From positions 1 to 64,000 of IMG/VR virus record IMGVR_UViG_3300021963_000090: a stretch of 64,000 nt of DNA. One strand, given 5' to 3'. How positions within the stretch are numbered: the stretch's first letter is position 1; each line of letters begins with the position of its first letter. The stretch is from a virus. The position numbers and the translations under genes were made by a program. The notes under the pieces are model-generated. The model saw only the letters and a program-made list of their open reading frames with translations, was not told the origin of the DNA and did not search any database. This document shows positions 47,887 to 57,977 of this stretch, piece after piece.

Positions 47887-49632
47887 TTATACGCTTTGAA
47901 GCACGATCCAGTCATTATTGTATGCAATAATATCAGATTCTGTCAGGGTAACTGACGGTTCTGATATTGTAGATACCGCTCTACCTGTATATAGCTCATA
48001 ATGGGTTTCTACTAGCCCTGAAGTTAATTCTTTTTCATAGGTAGCAATATTCTTATATAGGTTGCTTGGTCCGCCTGCCGTCTCATAATTTAATTGAATA
48101 GCACCTGTAATTGGGGTAGTAAATACAACAACTATATAATGGGGTTCTTCTTCAACTAAATATGAACTAATGTTTGTCTGATTAGTTACATCTACATTGT
48201 TTACATAGATCTTGGCTATATTGGCCTTAGAGACCACTCCAGAGCCGTTCCAGGCCAGTCTGGTAGCAGAAGGGTCGGAACCGTAGATAAGGGTGTTAGA
48301 AGCCAACGTAAGCGGTGTGAAGAACATCTCTACAGACTTGATATCAGACAATGTGTTGATATTAAATCCTGCTCCATTTTTAGCCCTAATTCCGTTTGTA
48401 TAGTTTCTGGAAAGAATAGGATAATTTAAAGATCCTAAATAATATTCTGTATTTGATGTTATCTTGTCCCCGAAATTATCTGCGTATATATCTTTATTTG
48501 TATAGAAGGCAATACAGAAGAATGATAGTTTTGGTAGATATTTGTTAGCATCTGATGTTGTCATTGTTATTCTAATATATAATTTACCAGATGCGTCAAA
48601 TGAATCTTTGGTATATTGAGGAACTGGCTGACCATTTACACATGATACATATGTGGTTCCGTCAACACTTGTTTCTACTGTAACTCCTAAATCATTCCGC
48701 CATTCTACCTTTGATGTTATAAGGTTCATTTCTGATGGAACTAATATAAAGTCATTGATTACAAAGGTTTTTGATTCCGCCGTTTCTGTTTCAAGGAAAC
48801 CAAGGTGTTTATTTAAAACATCATAATATGTATTATCGTCTAGCCAATTAGTCCATGGCTTATCTACTGGATAAGAGTAATCAAACACAGCTTTCATATT
48901 AGCGTCTGATCCGCTATAGAAAACTCCCTCATCTGGATATGCTACTTGAATTGCTGGGGATGTTACATTGCCATTGATATAATGGCTTAGAATAGTTTTT
49001 GATGGCAAAGAATATCTGTATGCTGCTGGAGCATCTACAATAAATGTATCGCCAGATGTTGTTGTAGGACCAACACTTAATGATAGCGCTGTATTTGTGA
49101 ATTTAAAACTAGTTAGAGATTTAGACTCTACCTCTACTCCATCAATATAAAGAGATATAGATTCACCAGTGTAATTACCTACTAGATGAGTTGTCTTTCT
49201 TGAATATGATAATGGGGCTATTACGAACTCTGTTTCAGAGACCTTGAAAAGAATATGTCCTTTGTCCCAAAACAATCCTATATCATTTGTAGAATCTGCA
49301 AATAGCGTTGTCTCTGCTGTTGATTCAATTGATGGGCTAATCCAGCATTCTAGTGTAAAGTCATTATCAGATGTATCTGATGTTCCAAACGAGGATGAGA
49401 CTGTTGCTCCATAGTAATCTTTTGTTACTGGTAATGTTATATATGCTGTATTGGTTATCTTTGTCCCAGATCCGCCGCCTGATACTAAAGGAAGAATATT
49501 AGATGCGGGAGACCCTACGTAAGTTCCATTATTGCCGCACCCTGATGAGTCAGAAGCGGTGGTACCAGAAGACTCGTCCAACGGCCAGAAGCCAATTGGA
49601 TAGTCTTTAATTACCTTTAATTGATAACTCAT
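47887..49632 (-). CDS. LamG/concanavalin A-like domain virion protein
   Basis: PIGFWPLDESSGTTASDSSG.GNNGTY, FTLECW, HLVG.Y..LYIDG. Confidence 0.8.
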   Translation of the reverse strand: MSYQLKVIKDYPIGFWPLDESSGTTASDSSGCGNNGTYVGSPASNILPLVSGGGSGTKITNTAYITLPVTKDYYGATVSSSFGTSDTSDNDFTLECWISPSIESTAETTLFADSTNDIGLFWDKGHILFKVSETEFVIAPLSYSRKTTHLVGNYTGESISLYIDGVEVESKSLTSFKFTNTALSLSVGPTTTSGDTFIVDAPAAYRYSLPSKTILSHYINGNVTSPAIQVAYPDEGVFYSGSDANMKAVFDYSYPVDKPWTNWLDDNTYYDVLNKHLGFLETETAESKTFVINDFILVPSEMNLITSKVEWRNDLGVTVETSVDGTTYVSCVNGQPVPQYTKDSFDASGKLYIRITMTTSDANKYLPKLSFFCIAFYTNKDIYADNFGDKITSNTEYYLGSLNYPILSRNYTNGIRAKNGAGFNINTLSDIKSVEMFFTPLTLASNTLIYGSDPSATRLAWNGSGVVSKANIAKIYVNNVDVTNQTNISSYLVEEEPHYIVVVFTTPITGAIQLNYETAGGPSNLYKNIATYEKELTSGLVETHYELYTGRAVSTISEPSVTLTESDIIAYNNDWIVLQSV

Positions 49633-49667
49633 ATTGTTATTATACCAACGAATGGGTATTGGGTATA

Positions 49668-49937
49668 TTACTCTGCTGGGGCTGTGTTTTTAGCATTAAG
49701 TAGGTTTACTACTGTTTCTGCCGTCTGCCTAATATCTAGAGCACGAGAAATTTCTTGGCATCCCATACGGATATCTGAAATGTTTGCTACTCTATCAAGC
49801 TTTAGCTTTTGCCCAATATCTGTTACTACTTTAAATTGACCGTCTTTATCTTTGATTACAAAGAATACGGTTTCTACTTCCGCCGCTTCTGGGGCGGCAA
49901 CTTCTGTTGATTCAACTGAATCTATATTTTCTGACAT
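49668..49937 (-). CDS. Hypothetical protein
   Basis: SD AGGA; TGATATACT at 49961-49969. Confidence 0.7.
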   Translation of the reverse strand: MSENIDSVESTEVAAPEAAEVETVFFVIKDKDGQFKVVTDIGQKLKLDRVANISDIRMGCQEISRALDIRQTAETVVNLLNAKNTAPAE

Positions 49938-49991
49938 AATTATCCTATCTCTTAAAAGTCAGTATATCAAATTATTTTATGAATGTCTATG

Positions 49992-50921
49992 TTAAAGTGG
50001 ATAACGAATTATAACAATTCCAGATCCACCAGCGCCTGTTGTTCCAGAGTCTCTAATTCCTCCGCCGCCAGAACCAGTATTTGCTATACCATTTCTATTT
50101 TGACTATTTGTACTAGAGTTAGATGATCCCATTCCGCCGATTCCATTTTTCATAGAGCCTACCCAAGAACCACCAGATGCACATCCTCCTCCACCTGCTG
50201 CATAAAATTGAGAGCTTCCGCTTATAGAATACTGTAAACCGTTTCCACCTTCTCCGCCTATGCCATTAGTTACAGTGTTATTAGCATTTGTTCCTGCGCT
50301 ACCTGCCCCACCGCCACCGCCGCCAGACCAATTGTCTCCTCCAGATCCAGGCCTTCCTTCTCCTCCATTGTTACCTTGCCCAGATGTTCCTGAACCACCA
50401 GGTCTGCCAGTACTTGTATCGTCTCCTCCGCCTCCACCACCTGAACCGCCAGGTCTGCCAAATCCGCCGCCAAGTCCGTCGTTACCAGTTGCTGGTGGAT
50501 AATTATTGCTTGAAGGATGAGCCCCACCGCCACCGCCTCTTATAGCTGTTACACCAAATGCAGATGAATTATTTCCATAATTTCCTACTTGTCCTGGATT
50601 GCTTGAAACACCGCCTGCGCCTACAACTATTGAATAATTTGAAGTATTTACTTGATATTGTGAAGAATATATAAGCCCTCCAGCGCCACCACCGCCACCA
50701 ACTTGGCCTCCTCCGCCTCCGCCACCTGCGACAATTAAATACTCTATTGCTCCAGAAATTTCTGTGTTAAAAGTAAAGCTTCCAGGTGTTGTAAAAGTAT
50801 GTATTTTATAGCCTCCAGCGTTTGTAATTGTTCCACCAGTTCCGCCAAGACCTTTGTTGGTTGCATTTTTTATTTTGCCTTGGGAGCCGAATGATCCTCT
50901 TACGCTATTAATAAATGGCAT
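49992..50921 (-). CDS. Glycine-rich domain protein (putative adhesin), copy 1
   Basis: GGYKIHTFT..YLIVAGGGGGG..GGGGAGG..GGSGIVIIRY. Confidence 0.8.
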   Translation of the reverse strand: MPFINSVRGSFGSQGKIKNATNKGLGGTGGTITNAGGYKIHTFTTPGSFTFNTEISGAIEYLIVAGGGGGGGQVGGGGGAGGLIYSSQYQVNTSNYSIVVGAGGVSSNPGQVGNYGNNSSAFGVTAIRGGGGGAHPSSNNYPPATGNDGLGGGFGRPGGSGGGGGGDDTSTGRPGGSGTSGQGNNGGEGRPGSGGDNWSGGGGGGAGSAGTNANNTVTNGIGGEGGNGLQYSISGSSQFYAAGGGGCASGGSWVGSMKNGIGGMGSSNSSTNSQNRNGIANTGSGGGGIRDSGTTGAGGSGIVIIRYPL

Positions 50922-50930
50922 TTTTATCCT

Positions 50931-53150
50931 TTAGTAGTTTAGATTTGAGTTTGCAAAAACAATCCAACTGCTTCCTGATCTAATGAAAGTAAATGAGAAT
51001 ACATCTATTTTATTTGCAGAAGATGTTGGTAGCGGAGCCTGACCATTTGGCCAACGAATTGTTTGATTTGTTCCACTAATCTGAATAGTTGTTGGAAGAT
51101 ATCCAGTTGAGCCTTGAGTTACAAGTACGTTTACTGTCATAACCTTATCATTATCTGTTGGCATGTTAGTAAAGTTAAATGTCATGTTTCCTGTTGGAGC
51201 CGTTGAAATATAATAAATGTTTCCAAGTGCCCAATCGCATGTAGCTGTATTTGTAGATAATGTAACAGGAACTAGATTTTCTCTTAATTCTTGAATATCT
51301 ACAGTACCGCTAAGAGATACTGTTCCAGTAGCTGTAAGCCCTCCAGTAATTCCTACTGTTCCTGTAGCTGTAATTGATCCCGAAGTAATAGCGCCAGTTC
51401 TAATATCTGCGTATGTTAATGAACCCTGGGAGAAGTCAAGTGTATTAGTTGGCTTTGTTGTTGCACCCTTGAAGAATTTAAATACTCCATCTGATGCATC
51501 ACGCAATACTCCAGCGTATTTTGTTCCGCTTGACACGTATTCACCAACAAGTCCTAAATCGATTGCATCTCCTGTATTGCCATCAGCAACGAATACGATT
51601 GGAAAAGCCACTTCGAGAGTTTGTACACCAGTTTGTGAACCAGATCCACCGAAGGAAAGATTGCCTGCGATATTTACATCACCCTGGATACCGACTCCTC
51701 CAACAATTGTTACTGCACCAGTAGATGGTGAAGTTGATGGTGTTGCAATTTCAATATGCATATTGCCAGGACGTACACCAGTTTTTGGTGGTGTAATTAC
51801 AACCTGAACATTTTCTTCATCATCAAATCCTCCAGCTGCGAGAACAATTGAGTTATCTGATCCATTTGCTCCAGTAGCAATTACTAGATTTCCGTCTCCA
51901 GTAGTTATTGCTGGTGCTTCATAAAATATATAACCATCATGTGGTCCTGTTATTCCAAATGTTGTCTGTGAAAATGTTGAGCCAGTAACACCCATATCGA
52001 TCCAGCCAGCGGTATCATTTCCAGTATCGGCATAAGCAATAAAGTCTGTTGATGAATTTGCTGATTGGTTATGGATTGCAACCTGTGCAAACGGCTCACC
52101 ATTTAATTCAAATACCGCACCTGGATTTGTTAAGTCTGCAGAAGTTTCAAATGTTCTAGCATTTTGACCTACATATACTGTTCCAGTAAGAGCTGTATCT
52201 CCTACGATATTTACGTTTTGTGAGAAGTCTACTTCTGTTGTTGAAATAACAATTTGCTCGGCACCACTTTGTAGTCCACCCGCCGCAATAATAATATTAT
52301 TAGATAAACCAGTAGAATCTGTTGCAAGCACTAGGTTGCCATCTCCTGTAAACTTGTTAACCTGTGAGTTAATAACTGATGTTAAAGCAATGTTTCCTGC
52401 TGTGTATCCTGCGGGAACTGCAACTACAACCTGTGTTGAAGTTGGTGCTGAAACAACTGTATATCGACCTTCTAAGGTCGGAGCCACTGGAAGAATTAAG
52501 TCAAAGATCACTCCAGCAATCATTTGATGTGGAGTTCCAGTAATAAGATTTAGGCTTGAGCCCGCAACGCTATACTGACTTACTGTAACAACTCCCGCAA
52601 TAGCACCTGACATAAATACATATCCATCGCCAGGTCCTGTCAACGAAAATGCAGGGTCATTAAAAGATTGATTAGTAATACCCATATCGATCCAGCCTGA
52701 CTCATTTGTACCATTTGAGGCATACGCAATGAAGTCGGCGGAAGATGATAAACCAGCTCCTGTATTCACAAGGGCTGTTTGAACAAAACTATTTGAAGAT
52801 CCTTCAATACCTAAAGCTACATCTGTTAAATCTGCAGCAGTAATAAAGTCTGTAATATCTTCGCCAATTAAAAATGTATCGAAAGAATCAGACCAGAATG
52901 TGAGGGTTCCGTCTGTCTTTAATACTTTGCCTGCTTGACCTTCGGTTGGTGGGATTTCAGAACCTTCCACCATACGTGTCCAGTAATCTGTATCTGTAAT
53001 GACTTCGCCAGTTGATGGGACTTCATTTGTATAAATCCAAACAATATTATTATATCGAACAACGTCGTTTAACTTATACTCTACTTCAGTATCCCAATCC
53101 CCTTTCCAAATAAAGCGGATTGATCCAAGATTAATAATTTGCGTTGCCAT
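50931..53150 (-). CDS. Fibre-like virion protein, copy 1
   Basis: NLGSIRFIWKGDW N-terminus; two GWIDMG repeats; TGAVTIVGGVGI; conserved C-terminal adaptor-like domain. Confidence 0.75.
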   Translation of the reverse strand: MATQIINLGSIRFIWKGDWDTEVEYKLNDVVRYNNIVWIYTNEVPSTGEVITDTDYWTRMVEGSEIPPTEGQAGKVLKTDGTLTFWSDSFDTFLIGEDITDFITAADLTDVALGIEGSSNSFVQTALVNTGAGLSSSADFIAYASNGTNESGWIDMGITNQSFNDPAFSLTGPGDGYVFMSGAIAGVVTVSQYSVAGSSLNLITGTPHQMIAGVIFDLILPVAPTLEGRYTVVSAPTSTQVVVAVPAGYTAGNIALTSVINSQVNKFTGDGNLVLATDSTGLSNNIIIAAGGLQSGAEQIVISTTEVDFSQNVNIVGDTALTGTVYVGQNARTFETSADLTNPGAVFELNGEPFAQVAIHNQSANSSTDFIAYADTGNDTAGWIDMGVTGSTFSQTTFGITGPHDGYIFYEAPAITTGDGNLVIATGANGSDNSIVLAAGGFDDEENVQVVITPPKTGVRPGNMHIEIATPSTSPSTGAVTIVGGVGIQGDVNIAGNLSFGGSGSQTGVQTLEVAFPIVFVADGNTGDAIDLGLVGEYVSSGTKYAGVLRDASDGVFKFFKGATTKPTNTLDFSQGSLTYADIRTGAITSGSITATGTVGITGGLTATGTVSLSGTVDIQELRENLVPVTLSTNTATCDWALGNIYYISTAPTGNMTFNFTNMPTDNDKVMTVNVLVTQGSTGYLPTTIQISGTNQTIRWPNGQAPLPTSSANKIDVFSFTFIRSGSSWIVFANSNLNY

Positions 53151-53461
53151 TAGTTTACCCTCACTATAAGATTAGACTTGTCTGCTTCAGACCATTCGAA
53201 TTCTAATTCTCGTGTTGTAAATGTCCATTCACGATAATCAGTACTTCTACGATTTTGATCTGGCAGTACTACTTCTGTTGTTCCATCTTCTATAATTTCT
53301 AAAGACAATTGTCCAGAAACTGGAAGATATTTAAATCCATAAAATGATCCAAGATTTGATCCTGGAATCTGTTGCCAATAATCGCCTGTCCATTCCCATG
53401 CAATTTCGCCAAGAGTGTAGGTGTCACCTACAGATGGCGTTGCTGGAAAAGTAACTGGCAT
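53150..53461 (-). CDS. Small virion-associated protein, copy 1
   Basis: FPATP..G..W.W.G..W N-motif; FYGFK; paralog of 60156-60518. Confidence 0.7.
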   Translation of the reverse strand: MPVTFPATPSVGDTYTLGEIAWEWTGDYWQQIPGSNLGSFYGFKYLPVSGQLSLEIIEDGTTEVVLPDQNRRSTDYREWTFTTRELEFEWSEADKSNLIVRVN

Positions 53462-53473
53462 TTTGGTCTCCCG

Positions 53474-53959
53474 TTATACTTCAACCCATAAGTCGTCGTA
53501 GTATATAAATAACTTTGCTATAGAAGAATTGTACCAGATATTGCCTTCTATTGGACTTGTAGGGGCTGTTTCAGATACTGTTACTGTAGATCCCGCCTCT
53601 TCCGCTGTCAAAAGTATCTTATTGTTGTCATCGTCGTAGGACGCTGTTATATTTGTATGGCTGGCATGTTCAAAGAGCGGTGCTATGGCATCTTGAATTT
53701 GCTCAGTACTAATAGTGGCAGTTCCAGTAAGCAAAATTTTATTATTATCGTCATCATATGATGCTGTTAAATTAGTATGACTTGAGTGATTTAGTAGAGG
53801 AGCTACAAAGTCCTGGATCTCTTCCTGTGTTAAAACTGGGTCTTCTTCAGAGCTTGAATAAATACGCCATGCCGTTCCGTCCCAAGCAAAGGTGCGGGTA
53901 CCAATAGTAACCTGCTGTCCATTAGTAGGATTTGACGGGAAATTCAAGGCTGAGGTCAT
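53474..53959 (-). CDS. Virion-associated protein with tandem ~40-aa repeat
   Basis: Two copies of IQD..APL..H.SHTN.TASYDDDNNKILLT; FPSNP N-motif; APT.P..G.IWYN C-motif. Confidence 0.7.
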   Translation of the reverse strand: MTSALNFPSNPTNGQQVTIGTRTFAWDGTAWRIYSSSEEDPVLTQEEIQDFVAPLLNHSSHTNLTASYDDDNNKILLTGTATISTEQIQDAIAPLFEHASHTNITASYDDDNNKILLTAEEAGSTVTVSETAPTSPIEGNIWYNSSIAKLFIYYDDLWVEV

Positions 53960-54021
53960 AGATTAATTATACCTCAACTCTCATTAAATCTATTGAATCT
54001 AGGGTATAGAAATGGTATACT
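53960..54021. promoter_or_regulatory. Divergent -10 promoters
   Basis: TATAAT on the minus strand at 53966-53971; TGGTATACT on the plus strand at 54013-54021. Confidence 0.6.
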
Positions 54022-54066
54022 AAAGGCCTAGCAAACAAATTTAAATATTTTGCTTCTTATACAGTT

Positions 54067-55677
54067 ATGGATATTATGAAAACCGATAAAATAGTAATAG
54101 TTGGAGGCGGATCTGCTGGCTGGATGACTGCTGCTACATTAATTAAAGCTTTTCCGAATAAAGACATTTCAGTCATTGAGTCTAAAGATGTTCCTACTGT
54201 TGGTGTAGGAGAGTCAACTATTGGTGGAATAAGAACATGGACCAGATATATAGGGCTTGATGAATCTACCTTCTTCAAACAAACCGATGCCTCTTTAAAA
54301 CTAAGTATTAAATTTACAGATTTTTATAAAAAGGATGGCGGGTCATTTCATTATCCATTTGGACAGGCTGATGTTATTAACAATAGAAATCCATTTTTTG
54401 ACTGGCAATTAAAAAAATATTTTTATCCAGAAACTCCAATTGAGGATTTTGTAAGATGCCTTTTCCCAGCTTCGGCTTTATTTGAAAACAATAAATTTTC
54501 TTTAAATAATTCAGGGGATTTTGATCACTTTGATGCCGCTAACGATGTTGCGTATCATTTTGATGCAACTAAATTTGGAGTGTGGCTTAGAGAAAACTAT
54601 TGTATTCCTAATGGAGTAAAACATATTATAGCAACTGTTTTAGAAACACCAAACGACCAAAACGGAATTAAGCACCTTGTCCTAGATAATGAAGATATTG
54701 TTGAAGCTGATTTATTTATTGATTGTACTGGCTTTAAAAGTCTTTTGCTAGATAAGGCTTTAAATGAACCATTTGACTCGCTATCCAAAATGCTACCAAA
54801 CAATAGGGCTTGGGCTACTAGAATTGAATATGAAAATAAAGATATTGAATTAGAAGGTTTTACTAACTGTACAGCTATTGAAAACGGATGGTGCTGGAAT
54901 ATTCCTTTATGGTCTAGAATAGGAACTGGCTATGTATACTCTGATAAATTTGTAACTCCAGAAGAAGCAAAAGAAGAATTTAAAAGATATCTAATGTCGG
55001 ACAAGATGGTTATTCCACGAACTAAGGAGCAGGTAGATGCTCTTGAGTTTAAAGAAATAACTATGCGTGTTGGAATACATAAAAGAACTTTTGTTAAAAA
55101 TGTTGTAGCTATTGGCTTATCGGCTGGCTTTATTGAGCCACTTGAGAGCAACGGACTGTTTAGTGTTCATGAATTTTTATTTAATCTTATAGACATACTA
55201 CAGCGTGGAGAAATATCTCAATTTGATAGGGATATGTATAATGTAAGTACTCGTGACCTATTTGATCAATTTTCTAAATTTGTTGCCCTTCACTATGCCC
55301 TATCGCATAGAGATGACACAGAATACTGGAAAGACATTAATACTAAAGAATTTAAAGATGAAATTTCAAATGATCCGTATACCCCAAATAGGACGAAGGC
55401 TGGGGCCTTCTATGATATTATTGGGCGTTATATGGAAGAATGGTTTCATCCATACGGAATGGCTGGTATTACATATATAGCAACAGGAATGAATCTTCAA
55501 ATGATAAACGACAATAGGATTGCAAATATGACTTATAGATATAAGCGTGACTACTTATCAGAAGCGGATGCCATTTCTGAAATATGGGAAAACAAAAAAG
55601 CTAAATGGAATAAGGCTGCAGAATCGTCTCCTAGCCTTAAAAAATTTTTAGAGGACACATTTTATGGCAAAGAATAG
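54067..55677 (+). CDS. Flavin-dependent halogenase (tryptophan halogenase/PrnA family)
   Basis: GGGSAG FAD motif, VGVGEST, catalytic-Lys region DASLKLSIKF, WCWNIP (WxWxIP), GFIEPLESNG. Confidence 0.93.
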   Translation: MDIMKTDKIVIVGGGSAGWMTAATLIKAFPNKDISVIESKDVPTVGVGESTIGGIRTWTRYIGLDESTFFKQTDASLKLSIKFTDFYKKDGGSFHYPFGQADVINNRNPFFDWQLKKYFYPETPIEDFVRCLFPASALFENNKFSLNNSGDFDHFDAANDVAYHFDATKFGVWLRENYCIPNGVKHIIATVLETPNDQNGIKHLVLDNEDIVEADLFIDCTGFKSLLLDKALNEPFDSLSKMLPNNRAWATRIEYENKDIELEGFTNCTAIENGWCWNIPLWSRIGTGYVYSDKFVTPEEAKEEFKRYLMSDKMVIPRTKEQVDALEFKEITMRVGIHKRTFVKNVVAIGLSAGFIEPLESNGLFSVHEFLFNLIDILQRGEISQFDRDMYNVSTRDLFDQFSKFVALHYALSHRDDTEYWKDINTKEFKDEISNDPYTPNRTKAGAFYDIIGRYMEEWFHPYGMAGITYIATGMNLQMINDNRIANMTYRYKRDYLSEADAISEIWENKKAKWNKAAESSPSLKKFLEDTFYGKE

Positions 55678-55951
55678 GTATGAGTGGGTATATGCTTTAT
55701 CTAGAATGAAAGATAGATCATATTGGAATAGGCCAAATACTGTAGAATTTTTTGCTTTTATGACCAAGCTTTCTATTATATTTCCAGGGCTTTTATTTGG
55801 TAAGCAATGGTGGTGGCTATATATATTTGCTTTAGTTTCTAGTTTAGCTTTAATTTGGTCTTCTACAGTAAAGACCCTGCCTACAATAATCTTGTTTAAT
55901 ATAGGATGGTCTATATTAGCATCAGCTGCAATAATTAAGGCTTTAACATGA
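55664..55951 (+). CDS. Small multi-TM membrane protein
   Basis: Three hydrophobic segments; overlaps the halogenase end; SD GAGG. Confidence 0.75.
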   Translation: MAKNRYEWVYALSRMKDRSYWNRPNTVEFFAFMTKLSIIFPGLLFGKQWWWLYIFALVSSLALIWSSTVKTLPTIILFNIGWSILASAAIIKALT

Positions 55952-56673
55952 GCAAAAAAGAACCAGTGATTGTATATTGGTCTCCATACTCTAACCCACA
56001 CAGGGTTTCTTATGTTAACCTATTATGTGAGCCCCCTAAAAAAGTATTAACCACAATAGGATCACCCGTTTCTAATAAAAAAGCATCTTATCATAACTGC
56101 AGATCTCTTCAAAATTTAATGAAAAATACTTACATCATACCAGCACCACTGTCATCTAAATTAAAAATATCTGGATCTTTTGAAGAGCCATTTCTAACTA
56201 CAGATAACAATCTATGGAATGCTAGAAGTGCTTCTTTAGATAAAAGATACTCTGTTGACTATGATTTTAGCTGGATCTTTTTTTCAGAAGAGCAGGTTAC
56301 TCTTAGAGAGACACATCCATATATGCATAATACGGCTTTTTCAAAATCTGGATATCTAGCATCTGGATCATTTGAAATTAATAAATGGTTTAGGCCAATA
56401 AATATAACATTTAACTTATGGGAAGACCATAATTCTATTGAGGTTATTGAAAAAGAGCCATTATGTTATGTAGAGTTTGAAACATTAGACAACAGGCCAG
56501 TTATTCTTAAACAATTTGAATTGACAGAAGATATGTATAATTACTGCACTCAGGCTTTAATTACTTCAAAAAACATTCTGTCTTTTGAATCACTAGAGTC
56601 TTTATATTCTAGATTTATAGGTTCAAATAGACATAAAAAAATAGCTAAACTAATAAAGCAAAACCTACTATAA
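55948..56673 (+). CDS. Hypothetical protein (C..NTY..P / G.FEI.KWFRP.N / EPL.YV.F motifs)
   Basis: ATGA-coupled third gene of the island. Confidence 0.75.
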   Translation: MSKKEPVIVYWSPYSNPHRVSYVNLLCEPPKKVLTTIGSPVSNKKASYHNCRSLQNLMKNTYIIPAPLSSKLKISGSFEEPFLTTDNNLWNARSASLDKRYSVDYDFSWIFFSEEQVTLRETHPYMHNTAFSKSGYLASGSFEINKWFRPINITFNLWEDHNSIEVIEKEPLCYVEFETLDNRPVILKQFELTEDMYNYCTQALITSKNILSFESLESLYSRFIGSNRHKKIAKLIKQNLL

Positions 56674-56674
56674 A

Positions 56675-57046
56675 TTAACTTTCTTGCTCTGAGTATAACC
56701 ACATATCTTCTGGCTCCACCCATATTTTATTTATCGAGATTGGCAGATTTAATTCTTTTATTGTTTTTATCAATTCTTTTTGTGAATTTGGACCGTATAA
56801 TGTATTAATTTGTCCATTGATATTAAGGAGATAAAACTCTGCATATGGAGACCATGATGCATATAATCCTTGTCCTCCGCTTGCCTCCCATATAACTTCC
56901 CAAATGTCTACTTCTTCAATTGTAAGTTCACGAGAATAGTCCCAGTCTTTTTTAGGTGGTAGTTGCAATGTATTACTATCCATCCAGCTGGGTTCAAAGA
57001 CTTCTCCGAAGTCAGTAAATATGTTATAGGTAGATTTAAATCTCAA
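56675..57046 (-). CDS. Hypothetical Trp-rich protein
   Basis: Overlaps the stop of the Gly-rich gene; converges on the island. Confidence 0.65.
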   Translation of the reverse strand: MRFKSTYNIFTDFGEVFEPSWMDSNTLQLPPKKDWDYSRELTIEEVDIWEVIWEASGGQGLYASWSPYAEFYLLNINGQINTLYGPNSQKELIKTIKELNLPISINKIWVEPEDMWLYSEQES

Positions 57047-57966
57047 ATCTGGTATCTAACTATTACTACTCCAGATCCACCAGGTGATGTTATATCTCCA
57101 GAGCCGTGGCCTTGGCCACCAGCTCCTCCACCTAAATTGCTACTTGGAGGATTTAATGTTCTATTGGATTCGGAATGACCTGTTCCACCGCCACCGTTTC
57201 CACCTGCTCCTGGAGTATTTGCTCCACCGTTATGTCCTCCACCGCCACCTCCGCCGCCGTAAAAGGTATTAGAGCCAGAAATAGAATTTGCTATACCAGA
57301 TCCTCCTGCTCCATTGGTGCCACCAGAACCTGGATAAGCTTGTCCAACTGCGCCTGCTCCGCCTCCACCGCCTGAAGCGTGTTGTGATGCTGACGGGTGG
57401 TTTGATCCTCTACCGCCAGAATTTCCGTAACCAGTAAATCCAGCAGGAGATGTTTGAATCGCAGAACCTCCGCTCTGACCACTTCCTGAGCAAGGTGACC
57501 AGCATGCTCCGCCTCCACCGCCTGATCCACCATTAGCTCCTGGTAAATTTGAGTTAGTTCCAGAACCTCCACCGCCACCAATTGCTGTTAAACTTCCAAA
57601 AGAACTATTGTTACCATTAGGAGCCTGACCACCATAACTATTTATAGTAGAAGTTGCACCTCCAACAACAACTGAATACGGATTTGCAGCTAATGAATAG
57701 TTGCTTGAATATATAATTCCTCCGCCGCCTCCGCCACCTCCATGTGCTCCGCCTCCGCCGCCTCCGCCAGCAACAACAAATATTTCAGCGTTAATTGGAA
57801 GGCCGTATGAATCTAAAGCAAAATTTTCTGTGCCAGATGTAAAAGTGTGTGTTCTATAACCGCCAGCGGTAGAAATTGTACCACCAGAAATCATAAACTT
57901 ACTTCCAACACGTTTAGATCTTGATTGTGGCCCAAAAGAGCCTCTTATGCTGCTTACAAATGGCAT
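57043..57966 (-). CDS. Glycine-rich domain protein (putative adhesin), copy 2
   Basis: GGYRTHTFT..VVAGGGGGG..GGSGVVIVRY. Confidence 0.8.
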   Translation of the reverse strand: MPFVSSIRGSFGPQSRSKRVGSKFMISGGTISTAGGYRTHTFTSGTENFALDSYGLPINAEIFVVAGGGGGGGAHGGGGGGGGIIYSSNYSLAANPYSVVVGGATSTINSYGGQAPNGNNSSFGSLTAIGGGGGSGTNSNLPGANGGSGGGGGACWSPCSGSGQSGGSAIQTSPAGFTGYGNSGGRGSNHPSASQHASGGGGGAGAVGQAYPGSGGTNGAGGSGIANSISGSNTFYGGGGGGGGHNGGANTPGAGGNGGGGTGHSESNRTLNPPSSNLGGGAGGQGHGSGDITSPGGSGVVIVRYQI

Positions 57967-57977
57967 TTATTTCTCCT

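Larger units (their letters stand above)
49992..53461 (-). repeat. Three-gene cassette, copy 1 (diverged direct repeat of 57043-60518)
   Basis: Gene-by-gene paralogy with long near-identical peptide tracts, e.g. AGKVLKTDGTLTFWSDSFDTFLIG. Confidence 0.9.

Noticed and set aside
49992-57966. GC-rich CCG/CCA/CCT runs as DNA-level repeats or foreign DNA
   Set aside because: Fully explained by poly-glycine codons of the two Gly-rich genes.
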